Shown piece after piece: positions 1 through 12,670 of a stretch of DNA of 64,000 nt. The translations under genes and the position numbers were made by a program. The notes below the pieces were generated by a model. That model saw only the letters and a list, made by a program, of their open reading frames with translations. It did no database searches and was not told where the DNA came from. The DNA is from Moniliella sp. 'wahieum' (Eukaryota), in assembly GCA_003971905.1 (NCBI GenBank), contig RSEE01000008.1, forward strand, positions 1 to 64,000, given 5' to 3'. Every line of letters starts with the position of its first letter. Position 1 is the stretch's first letter.

Positions 1-33
1 TAACCCTAACCCTAACCCTAACCCTAACCCTAA
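1..33 (+). repeat. Telomeric repeat (TAACCC)n, chromosome end
   Basis: 5.5 perfect TAACCC units at the very start of the window; canonical fungal TTAGGG-type telomere with the C-rich strand at the 5' end. Confidence 0.95.
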
Positions 34-562
34 GGGAGGTAGGTTGACCAAGACATGGGTGGGTGGAAGATTGGAAGATTGGAAGAGTGTAAGAGTGGAA
101 GGCTCAGGGCTGAGCGTCAAGAGGATTGTAACTCTGTAAGACCGGAGGAACCCAAGGGATGGGTGAAGAACCTCTGGAAATGTAGAGCAATGCAATCGCG
201 ATGGTGGTGGTTCAGGTCTAAGCCTTGTGCCACACCTAGAGACAGGGGTTCAGACAAGCCTGAGTATACACGTGGAGGCTTCGGAGGACAAATCAGGGGT
301 GAAGGGTGATGAGGCGCCTTGGCCTAAGTACGGGACCACGGGTCCCAACATCAATGAATGAGCGACCATACCCGCTGTCGCGTCTGGCTGCAGCAACATA
401 GCGCAACGGACGCAAACAAAGAGAACATGGAGCGGAGGTCCTAATGGGCCTGACGCGGCGTCAGCGCGTGAGGCCTGAGGATGGACTCTAGGAACCTCGG
501 CCAAACGCACGATCCGTAGGCTGCAGCGTGCTGAAATGTGAATGCGGCTGGACGGCCAGAAC

Positions 563-727
563 TGTAGAAGACCAACAGAGAGCAGGCAGTTGGTGGTGTA
601 TTGCATGGCACATGGACTACACAGGCAAGAGGATATTCCTGCCCGGAGAATATCGGAAGGAAGGCACCGGAAGGATCCGGGCCTGGGCTACCGGCGTCAC
701 TAGTCACTACACCAGTGTGGCGCTACA
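563..727. mobile_element. Solo-LTR-like dispersed repeat, copy 1
   Basis: Starts TGTAG and ends CTACA (TG...CA, short inverted termini). Colinear with 19593-19767 through shared blocks CAGAGAGCAGGC, TGTATTGC, ATATTCCT, CTGCCCG, CGGAAGG.TCCGG, GGGCTACCG, GTGTGGCG. Confidence 0.55.
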
Positions 728-1122
728 AAACCGGTTGGTGTGGATAGTATGGATGGAGGTGCGCGGTATACAGCCGGTGGGGCTAGTGTTGGGGGGCGGA
801 TGGACGCCGCCCTGCCTCGCATTGCTGGGCAGGGATGTGGGTGTGGGGCGAACCAATACCGGGTATGTGGGGTGTGCAAGGGTGCACATCCTCTGGCGTG
901 TACATAATGTCCATCCGCCACCATGCACAACCCGCTAAATACCGTTGACGGTGGGGACGATAGCTGGACGAGGGACCAGCGACGTGGGGGGGGGCAGTGA
1001 AGCTAGTGACTGGACTAGTGACGCGTGATGCGTGACGGTGACTCGCATCGCACCTCTCCTGGATTCTTGCTGATCGATGATCGATGATCGTCGTCATGAT
1101 GAAAGCGGCCTTTACCGCTCCG

Positions 1123-1158
1123 GCGTGAGGGGGCGTGAGGGGCGTGAGGGGCGTGAGG
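1123..1158 (+). repeat. Tandem 9-mer (GGCGTGAGG) x4
   Basis: Seen directly; the repeat unit can be phased as GCG-TGA-GGG with TGA central. Confidence 0.85.
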
Positions 1159-2141
1159 CATTTACTTGGTAAAATAGTTCACTGTGCCTGAGGGGCGTGA
1201 GATCGAGACGCGCTGCCCTCTGCCAGCACACGAGGCGTTGTGCCCCACTGGAGAACTGACCCTGGCCTGGCTCTTTTCCCCTCCGCGGCGGCTCCACATG
1301 CATTTGCAGGGCACTCCATGCGTGCGCAGGATGGCTCTGACGCGCGTTCCGAGAGGCATGGGATGCAGGCAGGCAGACACCATCTCGGTGGTGGGTGTTT
1401 GTACGTGGGCTGGACGCTGGCGGCATGCTGCGTTGGATGGTGTGGGACAGGTGAGCGTTGCGGATAGCGAGAGGAACAGACGGGACGTTGAACGTTGAGA
1501 GCGTGTCTGGGTGTGAGAGGGGCCGATCAGACGGAGTGGGTTTGAAATGTGGGTGGGCCTCAAAGCCAAGGCGAGCGCTTTCAGCATTGGGGTTTGTGCG
1601 GGTGTGTGGGACATTGCCACCAGCCGCATGCTTCAGCGCTTGCCGACGGCCTGAGACTCTTGAGGCGGTATCGATTATCGATTGTGTCTACGAGCCAGCG
1701 CCTGCCTGCCGATCCTTCGCCTGGCCAGGGAAGCAATATTAAGCACGTACGGCCAACCCTACCAGGCGGCGGGCAGGGGGGCACTGGACTGGGCGCAGCC
1801 AGCGTGGGTTGTGCATGCTTGGGTTGCCCCGCAGCAGCCGCGGGGACGCAACGCACGGGGGGAAGGGGGCGGGGCGGACAGCGGCGCCAGCGGGGCAAGC
1901 CATCGGCCACGGGCCCCGTGTCGCTGCTTTGTGGGTAAAGCCACCGCCAGCAGCCACCCCGCTGCCCCACGGTTATATAGCAACGCCCCATTGAATGCGC
2001 ACTCGCTGCGTCCACAGCCCAGCCCTACCCGCACTGGCACTCCTCCCTCCGCCGCATCCATCCCACTCTCAACCCCACCACCACCACCACCACCCACTCG
2101 CACCCCTGTCAACCCCCCCAAACCACACTCCCTGACGCAAC

Positions 2142-4365
2142 ATGCCCGTGCGCCACCACCATTCTGCCACCGTCGAGGGCGGCGGCCCCGCCCAGCCGGG
2201 CGAGACACGCGTCCGCCGCGCCTTCTGCAGCCCCGACAAGCTGGTTGAGGGCCCCAACGACCAGGTCAAGACCATGGCGGATGTCCTCACCTACGCGGCC
2301 AAGACCTATGGCGACAAGCGCGCTGTCGGCTGGCGAGAGATCATTCAAATCCACACGGAAAAAAAGAAGTCACCAAGACTGTGGGTGGCAAGGAGGTCAA
2401 GGGTGTGTGCATGTTCCCTGTGTAGTGTTTTATGCTGGATTCGGGGTGGTGGACCGGTACTGATCTGGATTGGCTGTGGTGCTACGCAGAGACCAAGAAG
2501 TGGCAGTACTATGAGCTGTCCGGGTACCAGTACCTCTCTTACAACCAACTTCTTGAGAAGGTCAAGATTGCTAGCAACGGTCTTCGTGCGCTCGGCCTCA
2601 ACGCGGACACCCACTTCAACATTTACGCCCAGACCAGGTGAGTAGCGCGCTTGCTCGCTCTTCTTTCTTTTATGTTGGCTAGGCAGTGCCAGTCCTAACT
2701 GATCTCTTGTTGCTCCTGTCCTCTTGTTCTCCATCAGTGTCAACTGGCAGATTCTTGCGCATGCCTGCACACGGCAGAGTATTGTGTTTTGTACTGCGTA
2801 CGACACATTGGGCGAGGAAGGATTGACGTTTTCTCTCAATGAGCCCGAAGTACAGGGCATCTTTACCAATGGCGCGCTGCTCAAGACCCTTGCCGCCGTG
2901 GCCCCCAACACGACTCACCTCAAGTACGTCATCTATGACGGCAAAGATGAGGCGCAACAGGTGCCCAAGCTGCAGGAAATTCTTGCCGAGCGCGGTGGCA
3001 AGGTGATCACGATCGACGAGCTGTACAAGTTGGGCCAAGGGATGGCCGACGAGCCTAACACGCCCAGCCCCGCGTCGCTGGCCTGCATCATGTACACCTC
3101 GGGCAGCACGGGTACGCCCAAGGGCGTGCTGCTGACGCACAAGAACGTGGTGTCGTCGGTGGGCACAGTGTCGTTGCTGCTGGGTCCCTATTTTACTCCG
3201 GACGATACGTTGCTCGCCTACCTTCCTTTGGCGCACATTCTGGAGTTTGTGGCTGAATGCTCCTTGATCTGCAGTGGGCTCACGCTGGGGTATGGGCGAG
3301 TCAAGACCCTGACTACTGCCAGCGTGCGCAACTGCAAGGGGACCTGCAAGAGTTCCGCCCGTCACTGCTGGTGGGTGTGCCGGCGGTATTTGAGACGATC
3401 CGCAAAGGTGTGCTGGCCAAGGTCAAAGAGGGCGGTGCGGTGATGAAACGCTCGGTGTTTAACACGGCGCTCAAAGTCAAGCAGGCCAAGTTGCCCGGCT
3501 TGGCGGCGCGTAGCGGACCATATCTTTAATGTGGTGCGTGCGCAGACGGGGGCGGCGACTGCGTCTGGCCTTGTCGGGTGGCGCGGCCATGTCCAAGGAA
3601 ACCCAGCAGTTCATCAACAACTGTCTCGTCACCATTGTTCAGGGGTACGGTATGACGGAATCCTCGGCCATGTGCGCGATTGCCACGCCCGAATTTAACT
3701 CGGGCTACTCGGTTGGCGTCATCTCGCCGGCCATTGAGGTGAAGCTGGTTGACGTGCCCGAGGCGGGATACAAGGCGACCAACACGCCGCCCCAGGGAGA
3801 GGTGTGGATTCGGGGCAATGCCGTGTGTTCGGGGTACTACAAGCGTCCGGACCTGACCAAGGAGACCATCACCGAAGACGGTTGGCTCATGACTGGCGAT
3901 GTGGGCCAGTTTAACAAGGACGGTACCCTCTCGCTCATTGATCGCAAGAAGAACTTGGTCAAGCTCGCCGGCGGTGAGTACATTGCGATTGAGGCATTAG
4001 AATCGACGTACAAGAGCAACGAACTGGTGGCCAACATTTGCGTTGTCGCCGACTCGAACGCCAACAAGCCGATGGCGGTGGTGTACCCCAACGAAGCCAA
4101 TCTGAAGGTGGCTGTGAAGGGCGGAGCGATTGCTGGTGCCCAGTCGAGCTGGGACTTGGAGCAGCTGTGTGAGAGCCAGGCCGTGAGCCAGTATGTCCTG
4201 CGCTCGTTGGGGAACACGGCCAAGGCGGCGCAATTCAAGCCACTGCAGACGCTGCAGACGGTGCTGTTGGTGCCCGACGACCTGGATATGACGGCAGCGC
4301 AAAAGATTGAGCGCAAAAAGGTCGAGGCAAAGTACAAGGCGGCCATCGCCAAGATTTACCCGTAA
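2142..4365 (+). CDS. FAA1: Long-chain fatty acyl-CoA synthetase (Faa1/Faa4-like)
   Basis: AMP-binding motifs IMYTSGSTGTPKGV, QGYGMTES, GWLMTGDVG, IDRKKNLVKL, plus YLPLAHILE. Introns at ~2403-2489 and 2638-2737. Frameshifts at ~2360, ~3340 and ~3510-3550. Confidence 0.93.
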
Positions 4366-5440
4366 GGACCAGCGTACGCTGCGCTGTGCTACGCTACACT
4401 GGACCTTACTCCCTCGTGTTCAACACTTTATTCTCTCCTCTCTCCTCCTTTTTGTATCCATTCTACCATCACCCACACACTCTTTTTCACCTTTGTGCGT
4501 GCCCTAGCCTCACCGGGACCTTGTCCGCTTCTCCCCTGCTTGGGTCCTTCCCCGCCTCGTTGCGTGTGGTAGCATACATTTACATTGTCACGGCGGCCCG
4601 CTTCGGCCGACATGTCGTGACCTGGTCGTGCTTTCCTTTGCTCTCCATCGACCCTCTCCTTCCTCTTCGATGGTCTGGCCATGGCCATGGCGTTGGCATT
4701 GGCTTTGACTGGCGACGAGGACCGAAGAGGCCTTGTACACATTTTTACGGGGAACTGAACGTGCCCCTGATACAGTGTGTAGAAGTAACGCTTCTAACGT
4801 TGGAATGATATACCCCAGCACTCGTTGCCCTGGAGCGATCATCGATCACCTCGATCTCCCCCGACTGAGGGGGGGGATGCACCTACATGTAGCACGCGAC
4901 CCAACCATCTTAACTGCCCCCCTCGGGTTCTCGACGTAGCGGAGAGGGAGCTGGAGCAGCGAAGCACGAACGCAGTGCAAGTAGACACAGCGCCCTGCTC
5001 ACCGCTTCCTCACCGCGCCTCACCAATGGGTCTCGACGACCGCGCATACATGCACTCCGAAACGTGCGCGGGCTAGGTGCCCTCCGAGCCTCAGGGGCCT
5101 CAGGTAAGCGTGATGGGTCAGGTGGTGCGGGCTGCTCCTGGTCTGTACTGGTCGGGAAAGAGCCTCGCCCAATCTCTCTGCCTGCTCACTATGACCATGC
5201 CCAAGGTCAAGTGCCCCCCTCCCCCCTAGCTAGACCTACCACTGCATGTTGCGTAGCTCACGGCCAGACGGATGTATCATTTCGTCTTCCTCCCCTTGCC
5301 GCAGCGCAAGCAAGAGAAGAGGTCCGGCCCCACCCCCTGCAAGCCCGAGAGTGGGACAAGAGATGCATACGACAATGACGACAAGCGGTGGAGTACAGTG
5401 GGTGACAGTTGGTGACAGTTCTTGACAGTTGGCGGTTGGA

Positions 5441-5598
5441 GTGGATTGGACTGGATGGAAGGGACTGGATTGGAGTGGATTGGATTGGGTTGGATTGGGG
5501 GTTGGATTGGATTGGATTGGATTGGATTGGATTGGATTGGATTGGATTGGATTGGATTGGATTGGATCGGATTGGATTGGATTGGATTGGATTGGATT
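5441..5598 (+). repeat. (ATTGG)n / (CCAAT)n pentanucleotide microsatellite
   Basis: Long near-perfect GGATT pentamer array with a degenerate 5' portion. Confidence 0.95.
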
Positions 5599-5703
5599 GA
5601 CCTCCCCCGCGCGCCACACCCCTCACGCGCACCCGCCAGTAAGGGGAAATGCCCACGACCACGTTCGTTCCCTTTTCCCTTTTCCCTTTTGCGTTTTGCG
5701 TAT

Positions 5704-8668
5704 TCAGTTTTCAGTTTTGGGCCGGGGCCCATGTCGAGGTGCCATGGCGGGCCAAGATGGGAGGCGAAGCATGGCTTTCGACTTGCGGCTTGCGGCTGCG
5801 GCTAGCGGCGTACGGCGTACGGATTCCGGCCTACGCTTCGTTCGCCGCGACCGGTTCGATTGACGGGCGGCCTCGCCCGGGCGCACCGAGACTTTCGGGC
5901 ACAAGAGCGGCGTGCGCGTGCCCGTAAGCGTGCGAATGGGTAGGAACGTACACTTGCGCTTGCGCATGAAGCTGCGTGGGAGGGGGGCGGAAGCAACAGG
6001 CCCCGGGACCGATACGGGGGTAGAGGCGTGTGCGTTTTGTGCATGTGCGTGTGTTTGGGATTGGGTTTGGGTTTGGGCTTGAGCTTGTGCCTGTGCCTGT
6101 GCTTGAGTTTGGGCATGAGGTTGCGCTTGCGATGGCACCAAGGCCGGTGCGTGCGGCGGGGCATGCGGCGGGGCGTGCGGCGGGACATGGCCATAAGGAT
6201 AGACCGAATAAAACGGCGTAGGAGAGAAGTACTGTCCGGGAGGCATGTACGGCGTGTACATCATGGGCATCGAAGCGGCGGGCACGTGCGTGCCCGATGC
6301 GACGGCAGGGAGAGCCGGGTGGGCTGCCGCTCCCTGACCCGCACCAGTGAAGCTGCGACGAGAGGCGGGCGGGCGCGGGGTACCGGATGGTCCGGACCAC
6401 GAAGGTCGGGTGGACAGGAAGCGCCTTTTTCCATTTGCTGGAGCGAGGCTGGGGTGATGGGATGTAGTGCCCCTGGACTGGTCAGGAGCGATTTGGGCGC
6501 GCCAAGCCAGGGAGCCCCTTGGTCCTCGGGAAGTATCGGGTTGCGTTCTTTCCCCCAGCCCATCTTGAGCGTCGAGCCACGCAGGCTCGCTTGGGATTTC
6601 CGAAGCTGGACAATCGCTTGGGCTGCCAGTTGGTGGCTTGTGAGACGGAGAAAGGCCCAATGATGATCCTGCTGCAACCGCACGTCCGTCACGAGCGGTG
6701 GACGAGGACGCTCTTCGCCCCCTTCTCCCTTGGGTGGAGACGCATCTTCATCTTCGTCCCCCCTCCAGCGCGGCCTGGCTCACGAGGGCGACAATCTCCT
6801 CCTTGTGGGCTTGCTCGGGCAAGTTTCCCACATAGATCGTCACCGTTGACGACGGAGCCGCAGCGAGCACCAGCGCAAGGTCCGTGCCCCCTCGAGTGTG
6901 GGCTTGGAGCGTCGGCTCGTCATGCGGTCCCGCTGAGGCGGGCCGAGCGGAGGAACCGAGTGCGAGGTCAATCCCAAGGCGGAGGTAGAAATGGCTACTG
7001 TCTCTTCCGTTGAAGGCGACATGGCAGAACCAGGCGACGACCCCGATTCGGCCGCGTCCAGCGTAGAGTCGGTAGGGGAGAGACTGGGCGGCACGAGCGA
7101 AGGGTCACTGGCCGCTTCCGACTGAACGGGCAACAGGGCCTTGGGCGCCAAAGGCGACAACTCGGACGGTACCGCGTCCCCGGCAGAAAGAGGGACGCGG
7201 TAGAGGGGAGAGGTATAGGAGTTCATCGGCACACGGGCAAAGGACGCTTGCATCGCAACTTGGTGCTGAACACTTTCGTAGCTCGCCGCACTGGTTGTGT
7301 TCATGCCCACGCCTGAGTTCGAGGGAGCAGACTCGATAGATAACAACGAGGCACTCGGCCTGCGCATCAACTGTGTTTGTCCCGGTGGGGAGTGTGTGTG
7401 GGCGGAATCTCGTCGATCCAGGCCTGGCGTAGAAGCAGTCGCGCCAGAGGCAGAAGGTGTTGTGGACGGTTCACCATCCTGTGATACAGGTGACGATTTG
7501 GGGGGCTCTGCTGGGTCCTGGTCCAAGGCAGCTGGCTGCCCGGGAAGAGGCGCATGATTCTCCAACCCCTGGAAAGCGGTGGACCGTTTGCTGCGGGGGA
7601 CAGCCCAGTTCAGACGGAGCGGACGCCCATGCAGTGGTTCGCCCGTATACTGCTGAATACATTGTTCTGCCTCAGCCCGGTCGGAGAGCGTGGCAAATCC
7701 AAACCCGCGACTGCGGTTGTTCAAATAATCCCATTTGACCCGCACATCCACCAAGGAGGACAGTCGCGGAGCAAAGTAGGCGCGCAAAATTGCATCTGTC
7801 ACGTCCGAGGCCAAATCGCCAATGAAGACCGTGTGCAGGGTCACGTCACTGGCAGTGTCGAACGATCGACGGGACGTGGCGGGCTCGTTGGCGGAGGGCA
7901 AGGGAAGGAGGGTTCCCGTCGACCTGATCGCGCTGGGGGGTGCACGGCGAATGACAGGGCGCCGTGGGGTGGGTTGGAGGGTGCGGCGGCGATCGAGCTG
8001 GCCGTGCTCGCACGCCGAATGGGTGTGAGGGAAGGGAGGGAATGGTGATGCTGGGGGGGTGGTGGTGGCTGGGCAGAGGCATACGACCGTGGATGAGGAA
8101 GCGCAGCCAACTGGTGGGGGGCTGCACTGGCTAGGGGCATGGGCAGGCTGGGGGGGGCAAACTGGACATGCGTTGTAGGCGGCATAGCTCCATACGGCAG
8201 AGGGGGGGGGGAGGAAGTACAAGCCCGGTTGAGACGGCGGCGGGGGCGGGGCAGAGGGGTAGTAGAGGTGGGGCGGGCCAGTGCGTGCGGGGTGGGCGGG
8301 GCAGCGGACGAGGTGCTGATGGTGGTGGCGGGGGGAGGCGCGCTGGGTGGCGGCGGCGGGATGCCTGGCGGGGCGGCGGTGGGGGAGGCGCTGGGGCTGG
8401 TTGAGGGTGGGGGATGGTGGGGGGCAGGCGAGACGCCGAGGGGCAGTTCCATGAGCATGGATCCATGCAAGCGCTGGACAGCCTGCGCCGCTGCGTCCGA
8501 GTCGGCGAAGGTGACAAAGGCGTAGCGGGCACGCGACGGCGAGGACTCGACGAGGCGCACACTGCGCACGTCGCCGGCGCGGCTGAAGACGCTGGCGAGG
8601 GCGTCGTCAGTGACTGTGGAGGCCAAGTTGGTGACGTGCACGACCGAGGCAGAGTCGTCGTGCGCCAT
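5704..8668 (-). CDS. Multi-RRM RNA-binding protein (Pub1/TIA-1/Nam8-like) with long low-complexity regions
   Basis: RRM1: VVHVTNLASTVTDDALASVFSRAG...YAFVTF. RRM2: VFIGDLASDVTD...RSRGFGFATL...GRPLRLNWA. Pro/Ser/Gln-rich linkers. Split over ORFs 7841-8668, 6840-8222 and 5704-6660; 3' end uncertain. Confidence 0.75.
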
Positions 8669-11165
8669 GGCGGGCAGCGGGGCGGGGGGGCAGAGGAGTA
8701 TGGCGGACTAGGGGGGTGGGATGCGCATCAGCTGGGGTGGGGTGAGGGGGCGCTGAGGGCGGCGGTGGCACAGGGCGGCACAGCACGGCACAGCACAGCG
8801 GCGGGGGAGAGGCGCTATGGAGGGAGGAGGAGGAGAGAGGAGGAGGAGGAGGAGGAGGAGGAGGAGGCGACGGAGAAGAGGCAGAAAAAACGATCAAGAC
8901 GAGAGAGTGGGTGGTGGTGGGTGGTGTGGTGTGGTGTTGTGGGGCAGGGCCGGGCAGGGCAGGGCACACCAGAGTGTCGGAGAAGTATACGCAGCCTGCG
9001 CTGAGGGGAGTGGGGCGGGCGGCATGGGCAGCTGCAGGCTGCATGCACGCTGGGCGGTGCCCGACAGCCGGTGGCGGGGCGCTAGTATGCATGCCCAGCG
9101 GCAGGGGGGCAGCACCCAGCACCCAGCACCCAGCACCCAGCAGAGCGCCCCTGTCCGAGAGATGCAGCAGGCTGGCCGTGTCCACCAAGCGAGCGCACGC
9201 GGCAGCGCAGTGTGCTCGCTGTCAGGTGGGCTGTGCGCCGAGCAGACGGCGGCCGTGCGCGGGGGCCGATGCGGCACGCGAGCTAGTGCGCACAGTGGCC
9301 CCGTGCGGCTGTCTGCCGTGCACCCTCCCGACGCCCGACGCCCGACGGGGTATTATTGTCTGGTATTGCCTGGCATTGCGACATGGAGTGCTAGCGAGCG
9401 CAGAAGCTTAGCCTAGCTTAGCTCAGCGCAGAGCAGCCTTGCGCCGCGCCCTTCTCCGCTCCCTCCGCCTGCTTCCAGCCCTGTTCCAGTCCTCCCTGCG
9501 CAATGTGCTTGAGCTTCAAACTTGAGGCCAGGAGGCCTTCCCGCTCAGATGCCGCTCACCAACGCACCGGCACTCACCTCGGGCCCTGGCCCCACGCTTC
9601 TGGCGTATGTTCAAGTTGGGCAGCGCTCAGGCAGACCCGGGCTGAGTTGAGTGCTGTCTGGCTGGTACTTGGCTCTTAACGTTTAAGGTTTAACGTTAAA
9701 CGTTTAACGTTGAACCCAGTTGCTTCCAAGCTTCGTCCCCGGTCCCCCCAGTCGCAGCCGTGTCGCAGGCCTGTCGCAGCCTTTTGCCACCCCGGCCGTC
9801 GTCATCGATCAGATGGATCATCGATCATCGATCATCCCAGCTCCCAACGTCCAACGCCCGAATGCGGCCAATGCGGCGCTGCATTGGCGCTGCTCACCAC
9901 CTGATCACCGTTCGCCGCGTTCACCGATCAGCAGCCACTCGATCATCGATCCCTGGCATGCCACATTTCAAAGACGCTGGGACCAACGTACGTACGTACC
10001 TGCTGGCTGCGCCCGACCGCATGCGCCTGCCCCCGCCATCTGTTGGATGGGGCAATGATTAATGCTGCAGATGTCTCCTGCATCCAGTCTGCATGCCCCT
10101 GGCAGGTTGTGCGTGGCCAGGGTACAGTATACCCTGTCCGTCTCTTCTCTGCCCCACCCCACCGCATCCAGGGCCAGAACTCAAACTGACATGTCAGATG
10201 TCAGATGTCCCTGTCCTGCCGGTGGTGCGCTGGTGGCCACTGAGCGCATGGCCGTTGTGAACGTTAATTGGTGTTGATAAGCACCCCCAACTTGCTGTGA
10301 TATGCCCCCCCCCTGCATCCATTTTTATGCATTGCACCCTTGCTTTCCTCCCTCTCTCCGTCGTATCAGCTGGGGGTGCCTGGCGCCGACCAATGGGCAC
10401 TCCTGCTATCCCCCTCTCTTCCCCGCGCGAGTTCGACAGCCTCACCCTGACGAACCCCCCTTCTCCATTTCAATGCATGTCGTTGTGCGCCACGTTGCCC
10501 CCACGGCACGGTGTGTGTGGGCTGAAGAAGCAAGGCCTAGCCATGACGGACCAGGACCATGTGGCCAGCATTCTCCACCGTCTGACTCGTGACTTTCCAT
10601 GCAGCCGAGATCAGGAGAGTGAGCTCGGGTCGTCTCCAGCCGGCGGCTCTCACCCTGTCAAAGCGTCTGCAAGACGATCCTAGTGTCACATCGCACGATC
10701 TGTTCGTGACCATGACCCATCCTACTACTCTGTTCCATACGCCGTTGGGGGAGGAGGAATTCCCCGGGGCCCACAACCAAGTCAGCCGCACAGCAGCCGC
10801 TGTACCTCGGTCAACCGGGGAGGCCGCACAAACCACGCAACGCCAGATTCTAATACTAGGCCAAACGAGTCCAACGGCAGCGATGTTCGTCGTTCGTCGT
10901 TCATCGTTCCCATCGTCAGGATCAAAGACCAATTTCTTGGGTGGCCGCTGTAAACTTGCACAACATTCAACATGCGAATGAGCGCGCACCATCTGCTTTT
11001 TTGCACCAGTATGTACATCGCGTATCCAATGATGGTATCAACACTATAGAATAGTGTGTGTGGCGGGGCAGGGCGCATGTTTCTCTTCACTCTGTATGTT
11101 CCTGCCGACATGACTATGTTGCTTCCACCGGATACCAAAAAAGGAACGAATCAGGTAGCGTTCGT

Positions 11166-12230
11166 TTACATAAACGAGTCGTCCGAGAGCCCCTCATCGT
11201 CTGTTGGGTCATCGTCAGTACACCATCTCTTGCCCGGAAAGCAAGACAGGCAAGGCACACACAGTTGGTGATATCGATCCCGTCCTTTGCACTGGCCGTG
11301 CTCAAGTTCTTGGGCTTGGGCTTCTTCTGACCACCCGTCTTCTTGGCTTCCTTCTCAGCCGGGCCTTCTTCTCCGCCAGGTCGCGCAGCTTGGTCGCCGT
11401 CAGACGCATGTCCGTGTCCCGCATCTTGTCCGCCACAAGGAGGGTGAGGGCAGGACCAAAGAACTTATCGAACCCGGTCCGACCCGCATAACCCGAGATC
11501 ACCTTGGTATAAATGTCTTGCGCCAACTTGTCCCAGTCGCCCTTGGTCACCGGCTTGGCACTCGTCAGCGCCGCCAGGCCCGCATCCGACGTCGTATCCT
11601 GCACACTCGTCTGGCCCAGAAGCGCAGCCGCATTGTCCAAGTCCGACTGGAGTTGCATCTCCTTGTCGCGCTTCTTCTTTTCCATAAGGTCCTCTTCCTC
11701 TTCCGACTCATCCGTCTACCCCCGCCTCCCGCGTTAGTCGTCACTCGCCTTTTAATCCAACGCAATGCCTAGGAACGTACGTCAAGACCCAGCTCCGCAC
11801 GACGGCGCTCCTCCGCCTCCTTCTCAGCCAGTTTCTTCTTCAGGTTGCCCTTCTTCTTGGGCGGGGCAAGGACCGGTTGGGGCTTCGGCGCCTCGTCCTC
11901 CTCTTCCCAGTCGTCCTGATAAGAGAAGGGTTAGGGGTTGGGTTCGCTGCGAAGGAGAAAACGGGTGCGAGGTGGCGGGTGACGAGACATACCTTCAGGT
12001 CATCTTCCTCGTCGTCAAACGTGCGGCGGCCATAGACCGATGCAACAGGCGCTTTGGGCTTGGGGGGCGCGGGCATAGCCTTCTTCTCGTCGCCCGAGGA
12101 GGCATCTGGATTGGATGGGCGAAAGCGCTCAGGTCAGATGAGATGGGATGGGATGGGATGGGGTGGGATACTCGGGCAGATTCGGGGTGGCGGCAGCCTG
12201 GACAACACCCCAGTCACTCAGGTCGGACAT
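11166..12230 (-). CDS. HCR1: Translation initiation factor eIF3 subunit J (Hcr1)
   Basis: Spliced model MSDLSDW|DASSGDEKKAMPAPPKPK...FDDEEDD...DDWEEED...QLQSDLDNAAALLG...KLRDLAEKK...YDEGLSDDSFM*. Acidic W-containing N-terminus and D-x-FM C-terminus are typical of eIF3j. Several GT-AG introns and frameshifts. Confidence 0.85.
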
Positions 12231-12670
12231 GTTCGCTAGCTCGATGGAGGTGGTGGTGAAACGTACGGAACGAGGGGAGGCGCGCGGCCGAGGGCCCCAA
12301 GCTCAGGCTCAAGCTTCACGGCTGGCTCAAAGGCGCTGCTGCCTCATGAGCGCATGAGCGCAAGAGCAGACAAGCCGAGGCGGAATTATGAAAAAAACCA
12401 GGGCCTGCACGGGGCCAGTGTCTATTCCGCTGCGGTGGACGAGGCGCTGCGTCACGCGTCATCCTTTCATTGCATCACTGAGTGAGGGGCCCAGGCCGCT
12501 GATCGATCGCTGAGCCACGGATCAAAGTGGTTAGCCCTGGCGCGGACTGGAGATGGATGGTCGATGGAGGGCGGCGAGCATCATCGGCAGCTTGCCCAGA
12601 CAACACTTGCGCGTGCTGCCTATCCTCTGTCCCCACGTGCACTTGTGTGTCTGCCGCTGCCTGGCCCAAC

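Noticed and set aside
135..350. Another TG...CA solo-LTR candidate next to the telomere
   Set aside because: Only imperfect inverted termini, no TSD and no second copy in the window.
5236..5863. ORFs with SNPIQ / LDWIG repeats
   Set aside because: Translation artefacts of the (ATTGG)n microsatellite.
8811..8870. Poly-Glu / poly-Arg ORFs
   Set aside because: (GAG)n tract corresponding to the CT-rich 5' leader of the minus-strand RRM gene.
11927..11944. Interstitial telomere-like AGGGTTAGGGGTTGGGTT
   Set aside because: Lies in an eIF3j intron and coincides with the CTAAC branch point on the minus strand.
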